From Parasphingorhabdus sp. (GTDB taxonomy: Bacteria; Pseudomonadota; Alphaproteobacteria; Sphingomonadales; Sphingomonadaceae), in assembly GCF_048267785.1 (NCBI RefSeq), contig NZ_JBLWWU010000006.1:11942-75941 (forward strand): a stretch of 64,000 nucleotides of DNA, read 5' to 3'. The first letter of the stretch is position 1; every line of letters begins with the position of its first letter. The notes beneath the pieces were generated by a model that saw only the letters and a program-made list of their open reading frames with translations, was not told where the DNA came from and did no database searches. Position numbers and translations under genes: made by a program. Shown piece after piece: positions 59,371-64,000 of the stretch.

Positions 59371-60891
59371 GTGAGGAAATACCTGAAGCAATTGGGTGGG
59401 AGCACCCAAAGCCTGGTTTTTACGCCGCTGATCGTGCTTACGTTGATCTTTGGCGCATTGGCTCTGTTGCTTGTAATTAACGATGCGATTTCAATACCGT
59501 TGACGTCGCCGCTGATCTTGGGCGGCACCTTGGCCTTTGTCATTGCAGCGCTGGTTTTCGCGCGCTTGGGCGCTGTCTATGTCGGCCATCTTGAACGCCT
59601 TGTGATGACCGACAGTTTAAGTCTCTTACCGAACCGGCGCGCGTTACATATTGATGTTCAACGCCATGGTACAAAAGATTCGGAATTGGCCATTGCGCTG
59701 ATCGATCTTGACGGTTTCAAGCTGGTTAATGACCAATATGGTCATAATGTTGGCGATCAGGTGATCAAAAATTGTGCAGCCATGCTCGCAGATTTATGCG
59801 GCGATGACGCCCGTTGCTATCGCCTGGGTGGCGACGAATTTGCGATTGCGATGACCGGATCGCTCGCCGGTACGATCGTCGAAGGCATCTCGCGCAGCTT
59901 TATCGATCTGTTTAAAAAACCGATCATCGTGGATGATCGCCGCATTGTGATCGGGGCAAGTATCGGCATTTCATGCAGCAGGGGCGAAGACCGGCAAAAT
60001 TCCTCGGAACTCCTCCGCCGTTCAGATGTCGCGATGTATACGTCCAAGCGCAACGGTAAGATGCGATGCACCTGGTATCAACCTGAATTCGACCGCAACC
60101 GCGAGGTCGCTCAGAAAATTGACGGCGAGATGCGTCGAGCCTTGTCCAATGACGAGTTTTACGTGCATTATCAACCTCTTGTCTGTGCCAAGACCTCCAA
60201 AATTGTTGCAGTGGAATCCTTGTTGCGCTGGGCGCGTCCGGACGGTCAGTCAATGGGCCCCGATGTTTTTATTCCGATTGCTGAAGAATCCGGTTTGATC
60301 AATCCCATAGGATTGAAGGTTTTGCGCCAGGCTTGCAATGATGCGCTGGCCTGGGACGATATCACGCTCTCGGTGAATATTTCCCCGGCGCAGTTGCGTG
60401 ATGTCGAATTTCCGATCCAGCTTGGACAGATTCTGGAGGAAACCGGCTTTCCGGCCGAGCGGCTGGAACTGGAAATAACCGAAACCTGTCTCGTGCTGGA
60501 TCCGGTACTGGCCGAACGTACCCTCGACGTCATCAGGGGCTTTGGTGTCAATATCGCGCTGGATGATTTTGGCACAGGCTATGCTTCCATCGGTTTTCTG
60601 CGGATGTTCCGTTTTGAAAAACTGAAACTGGATCGTTCTCTGGTGGTCGATGCGGGAGAAGATGAAGGCTCCCGTGCAATGATGATCTCCAGCATCAGCG
60701 TCGCGCGCGCGCTCAATATGGCGGTTACCGCCGAGGGCGTTGAAACCCAGCAGCAGGCGGATTTGGCTAGAATCGCCGGCTGCGACCATATTCAGGGCTG
60801 GCTATTTTTTAAGGCAATGCCGCCCGATGAAATTACCCATCACCTTAATCAGCAAAATGCGCAAAACGATCAAACAAAGTTAATCGGATAG
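59371..60891 (+). CDS. Membrane-anchored GGDEF-EAL protein
   Basis: Two TM helices, DLDGFK, GGDEF, ESL, ELEITE, DDFGTGY, EGVET and QGW motifs. Confidence 0.93.
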   Translation: MRKYLKQLGGSTQSLVFTPLIVLTLIFGALALLLVINDAISIPLTSPLILGGTLAFVIAALVFARLGAVYVGHLERLVMTDSLSLLPNRRALHIDVQRHGTKDSELAIALIDLDGFKLVNDQYGHNVGDQVIKNCAAMLADLCGDDARCYRLGGDEFAIAMTGSLAGTIVEGISRSFIDLFKKPIIVDDRRIVIGASIGISCSRGEDRQNSSELLRRSDVAMYTSKRNGKMRCTWYQPEFDRNREVAQKIDGEMRRALSNDEFYVHYQPLVCAKTSKIVAVESLLRWARPDGQSMGPDVFIPIAEESGLINPIGLKVLRQACNDALAWDDITLSVNISPAQLRDVEFPIQLGQILEETGFPAERLELEITETCLVLDPVLAERTLDVIRGFGVNIALDDFGTGYASIGFLRMFRFEKLKLDRSLVVDAGEDEGSRAMMISSISVARALNMAVTAEGVETQQQADLARIAGCDHIQGWLFFKAMPPDEITHHLNQQNAQNDQTKLIG

Positions 60892-60901
60892 GATAGATAA
60901 G

Positions 60902-62374
60902 ATGACCGCAGCTTCGACCGCTTCAACGGAAAAGCCAGATCTTAGGTCGGCCCATAATGAAACCAACGAGATGCTGTTGTCGCTGTCGAGCCAGCGAGCG
61001 AATTCCCTTTGGAACAAATATCTTGATTGTTCGGTCGCGACCAAGCTCAATATCTATCATGGCGTGAATTCGCTTTTCGGTGTCGCGTTGCTCGGTGTTG
61101 GCTGGTTGTCGCTGAACGCGATTCAGGCGGATTTGGTGAAGCAGGGCATCAACGCGCCGTCTATCTCGGCCATTGTTGATCGTGCTGAAATGATGTTCGG
61201 CCTGATTTTGGTCTTGACCATGGGTTGGGGTATCTTTGCAATTGTTCGCGTTAGCAGAGATATCTCCGGTGCCATCAAAAAGCTCGTGCCCATGTTGTGG
61301 GATGTTATCGAGGGCAAGATGGATATGGAAATCCCCTATGTCGAACGCAAAGACGATATTGGAGACATGGCGCGCTCGATTGAAGTGTTCCGCCGTGCAT
61401 CCGTACAGCTCCAGAAGGTTCGCAGCGAGCGTGAGCAAGCCTATGAACGGGAAAAGGAAAATGAAGCGAAGCAGGACCGTCTGCGGGACGCACAAAGCAA
61501 AAAAATCCGGATCATGGCCGACAAGTTCGAAAATACGATCAGCGATGTGGTCAGCAGCGTAGCCGCTGCATCGGCCCAGTTGCAGTCAACCGCGACGTCG
61601 ATGGCGTCCTCTGCGGAACTTTCCTCTACCCAGACCCGCAATGTTGCAAAGGCAATGGAAGACGCGTCCAAGGGTGTCACCGCCGCCGCCGCGGCCAGCG
61701 ATGAATTTGCCATGTCTATTGGCGAGATCAGCCGCCAGGCGTCCAGTTCCGCCGAGTTGGCGCGCAAGGCGGCAGACGCCGCCGGAGAGGCCGACATGAC
61801 GATGACGGCGCTTGCAGTCTCCGCCGAACAGGTCGGCCAGATTGTGGAACTCATCCAGACCATTGCTCACCGGACCAATTTGCTGGCGCTCAATGCCTCA
61901 ATCGAAGCGGCGCGTGGCGGAGAAGCAGGACGTGGTTTCGCGGTCGTCGCCTCCGAGGTCAAGGAACTGGCCTCACAGACCAGCAAGGCCACCCAGGATG
62001 TCGCTCATCAGATCGGCACCATGCAGGAATCGACCAGTGCCAGCGTGGAAGCGCTTCGATCCATCGGTTCGCAAATCCAGAAACTCGAAACAACAGCCGT
62101 TTCGATAGCCGCCGCAGTGGACCAACAGGCCGTCGCAGGACAGGATCTGGCGCGCAGCATTGACGCGACCGCACAGGGAACAGAGGAAGTCTCAAACAAT
62201 ATTGCCCAAGTGAGAGAAACGTCGCGTGCAACCGGTGAATCGGCCACCCAGGTACTGGGGTCTGCAACGGAACTGGAAAAACAGGCCGCCAAACTCAACC
62301 AGCATGTCGATCAGTTCCTCGGTTACGTCCGCGAGTGGGATTTCTTCTCGCCGTCGAACGGCACAACCGATTAA
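60902..62374 (+). CDS. Methyl-accepting chemotaxis protein
   Basis: Two TM helices, HAMP ([10 protein letters not shown]) and the signalling hairpin [33 protein letters not shown]. Confidence 0.95.
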   Translation: MTAASTASTEKPDLRSAHNETNEMLLSLSSQRANSLWNKYLDCSVATKLNIYHGVNSLFGVALLGVGWLSLNAIQADLVKQGINAPSISAIVDRAEMMFGLILVLTMGWGIFAIVRVSRDISGAIKKLVPMLWDVIEGKMDMEIPYVERKDDIGDMARSIEVFRRASVQLQKVRSEREQAYEREKENEAKQDRLRDAQSKKIRIMADKFENTISDVVSSVAAASAQLQSTATSMASSAELSSTQTRNVAKAMEDASKGVTAAAAASDEFAMSIGEISRQASSSAELARKAADAAGEADMTMTALAVSAEQVGQIVELIQTIAHRTNLLALNASIEAARGGEAGRGFAVVASEVKELASQTSKATQDVAHQIGTMQESTSASVEALRSIGSQIQKLETTAVSIAAAVDQQAVAGQDLARSIDATAQGTEEVSNNIAQVRETSRATGESATQVLGSATELEKQAAKLNQHVDQFLGYVREWDFFSPSNGTTD

Positions 62375-62418
62375 CCGGCCTGGCCAAGGATGCTAAGGCA
62401 CCCCGGCGTGCAATAATA

Positions 62419-63075
62419 TTATTCCCTTACCGCGCTCAGCGCCGCTCCGGCGGCGAAGGGGGTGATGGCGACGAGCAATAGCGAAATCGCGGCTAGGAAA
62501 AGCAAGGCGCTGTTCCCCGGGGTAGAAAGGCTCCCGGCCCCGAATATCAGCAGCGGAATAGCCAGTGGAACCAGTAACAATCCGCCCAGCGCACCAGCCC
62601 CTTTAAGGCCAGCGGTCAGCGCCGCGATCATTACCGCGAGACCCGCGAGAGCCGGTGTCGCAATCGTCAGGCTTGCCAGCAGCGTGCAAAGAGCCGGACC
62701 TTCCAGTCCCATCAGCCCGCTGGCGAGAAAGGCTGCAAGCAGCAGCGGGGGACCAAAGGAGAGCCAGTGCGACACCATTCTCGCTGCCGCGATTATTTCA
62801 TCAGACAAACCGCGTACAATCATCTGATCATAAACCCCGTTTTCGAGATCGGGCTGGATGAGCCGGTCCAGCGGTAGCAAGGTCGCCAATAATGCCGCGA
62901 TCCACAAAATCCCACCGCCGGTCTGCAATAGCAGCGCACGGTCCGGTCCCACGGCAAAGGGGAATAATGTCGCAGCAGAGAGGTAAAATATTACCGGTAA
63001 CCAGGTCCCCCCGCTGGCATAGCTTTGCCGCAGGTCACGCCAGATGATCGTGGCGATGCTGCCGATCACAAACAT
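62419..63075 (-). CDS. ccmB: Heme exporter permease
   Basis: LPLDRLIQPDLENG and LLLVPLAIPLLIFG motifs; alternative GTG start at 63069. Confidence 0.92.
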   Translation of the reverse strand: MFVIGSIATIIWRDLRQSYASGGTWLPVIFYLSAATLFPFAVGPDRALLLQTGGGILWIAALLATLLPLDRLIQPDLENGVYDQMIVRGLSDEIIAAARMVSHWLSFGPPLLLAAFLASGLMGLEGPALCTLLASLTIATPALAGLAVMIAALTAGLKGAGALGGLLLVPLAIPLLIFGAGSLSTPGNSALLFLAAISLLLVAITPFAAGAALSAVRE

Positions 63076-63692
63076 GCTTCCATATCTTCCAATGGCGCGA
63101 GCTTCAGGTTGAAATCAAAGGTGATTGGCAAGGCTATGTGACTGGCGGCAAGAATGATCCCGCCATCATCCAGATGGCTTTGCAGCACCGTCCCTAATTG
63201 ATCGACCGAGTCGCTGTCGAGTCCATTGGCAGGCTCGTCGAGCAGCCACAATCTTGCCTCTGTGAGATAAGTTCGGGCAAGCCGGGCCCGCTGTCTCTGC
63301 CCGGTCGAGAAATAGCGCACCGGCACTTCTGCGAGATGGCCCAAGCCTGCTCGTACCATGGCTGATGCAACATCGTCCTGTCCGCAACCGTCCAGTCTGG
63401 CCCAGAAGCGCAATGCCTGTTCCAGCGGCAGTTGTTCATCCAGCGCCAGCCTGTCGTCACATAAAGCTTTGGTCACCGGCACGGAACAAGATCCTGCCGA
63501 GGGCTGGAGCAGACCGGCGAGCAAACGCAACAGGCTGGATTTGCCAACACCATTGGGGCCGGTGAGCAATCCTGCCTGTCCCGGCTCAAGAGAAAAGGTC
63601 AGGTCGCGGAACAATGTCCGACCGCCGCGCTTACAACTTATCGCTTCGGCCAAGAGCCGTTCCTTGCTTCCGGTTGACTGTCCATCGTTCAT
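63066..63692 (-). CDS. ccmA: Heme exporter ATPase
   Basis: GPNGVGKSS, FSTGQRQR and WLLDEPANGLD motifs. Confidence 0.92.
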   Translation of the reverse strand: MNDGQSTGSKERLLAEAISCKRGGRTLFRDLTFSLEPGQAGLLTGPNGVGKSSLLRLLAGLLQPSAGSCSVPVTKALCDDRLALDEQLPLEQALRFWARLDGCGQDDVASAMVRAGLGHLAEVPVRYFSTGQRQRARLARTYLTEARLWLLDEPANGLDSDSVDQLGTVLQSHLDDGGIILAASHIALPITFDFNLKLAPLEDMEACL

Positions 63693-63745
63693 CGCACAGA
63701 CTTAAGACATGATTTGGCGCGAAAGCCAAGCAAGGAGCAATAAAT

Positions 63746-64000
63746 ATGGTGGCACAACTGAACGATGATGAACGCAAGGTGGCTCTCGCGAAGCTCCCGG
63801 ACTGGGAATATGACGCAAAGCGTGATGCGATCAGCCGGTCGTTCAAATTTTCCGATTTCACGGAAGCTTTTGCGTTCATGACCCGCGTAGCCCTGCATGC
63901 GGAAAAGGCCGATCATCACCCGGAATGGTTCAATGTCTACAACCGCGTGGATATCACGCTCACCACCCACGACGCGGGGGAAAAGGGCGGATTATCGCAG
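63746..64000 (+). CDS. phhB: Pterin-4a-carbinolamine dehydratase (partial, runs off the window end)
   Basis: Manual translation [10 protein letters not shown]...[44 protein letters not shown]; AGGAG SD. Confidence 0.92.
   Translation, partial: MVAQLNDDERKVALAKLPDWEYDAKRDAISRSFKFSDFTEAFAFMTRVALHAEKADHHPEWFNVYNRVDITLTTHDAGEKGGLSQ

Noticed and set aside
63689-63970. 93-aa minus-strand ORF upstream of ccmA
   Set aside because: Antisense shadow of the pterin dehydratase gene, which has clear motifs on the plus strand.

Overview
Bacterial chromosomal window, most likely a Sphingomonadales alphaproteobacterium (inferred from gene content and style). Order: 5' part of a TonB-dependent receptor and a LysR regulator (1-2.3 kb); a nitrate assimilation cluster nasT-nasS-[ANTAR leader]-nrtABC-nirBD-nasA-cobA with an apparent deletion that fuses truncated nrtC to headless nirB (2.4-14.3 kb); a 16 kb catabolic cluster built around a carotenoid/stilbene-cleavage oxygenase, with three thiolase-fold genes, PaaN, CoA ligase/transferase, a TonB receptor and a fused double-HxlR regulator, whose promoters all carry one asymmetric 18-bp motif (14.4-30.6 kb); an accessory block with an erythromycin esterase-hydrolase-PRTase operon, pgm, trxC, a MacAB-TolC-like exporter and a GNAT (30.7-42.8 kb); a six-gene chaperone-usher pilus cluster with an unusual major pilin (43-49.6 kb); putA; a cheAWYBR operon, GGDEF-EAL and MCP genes with CtrA boxes; ccmBA and the start of a pterin carbinolamine dehydratase. 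No rRNA, tRNA, CRISPR array or mobile element was recognised. All calls come from reading motifs by eye; no searches were run.
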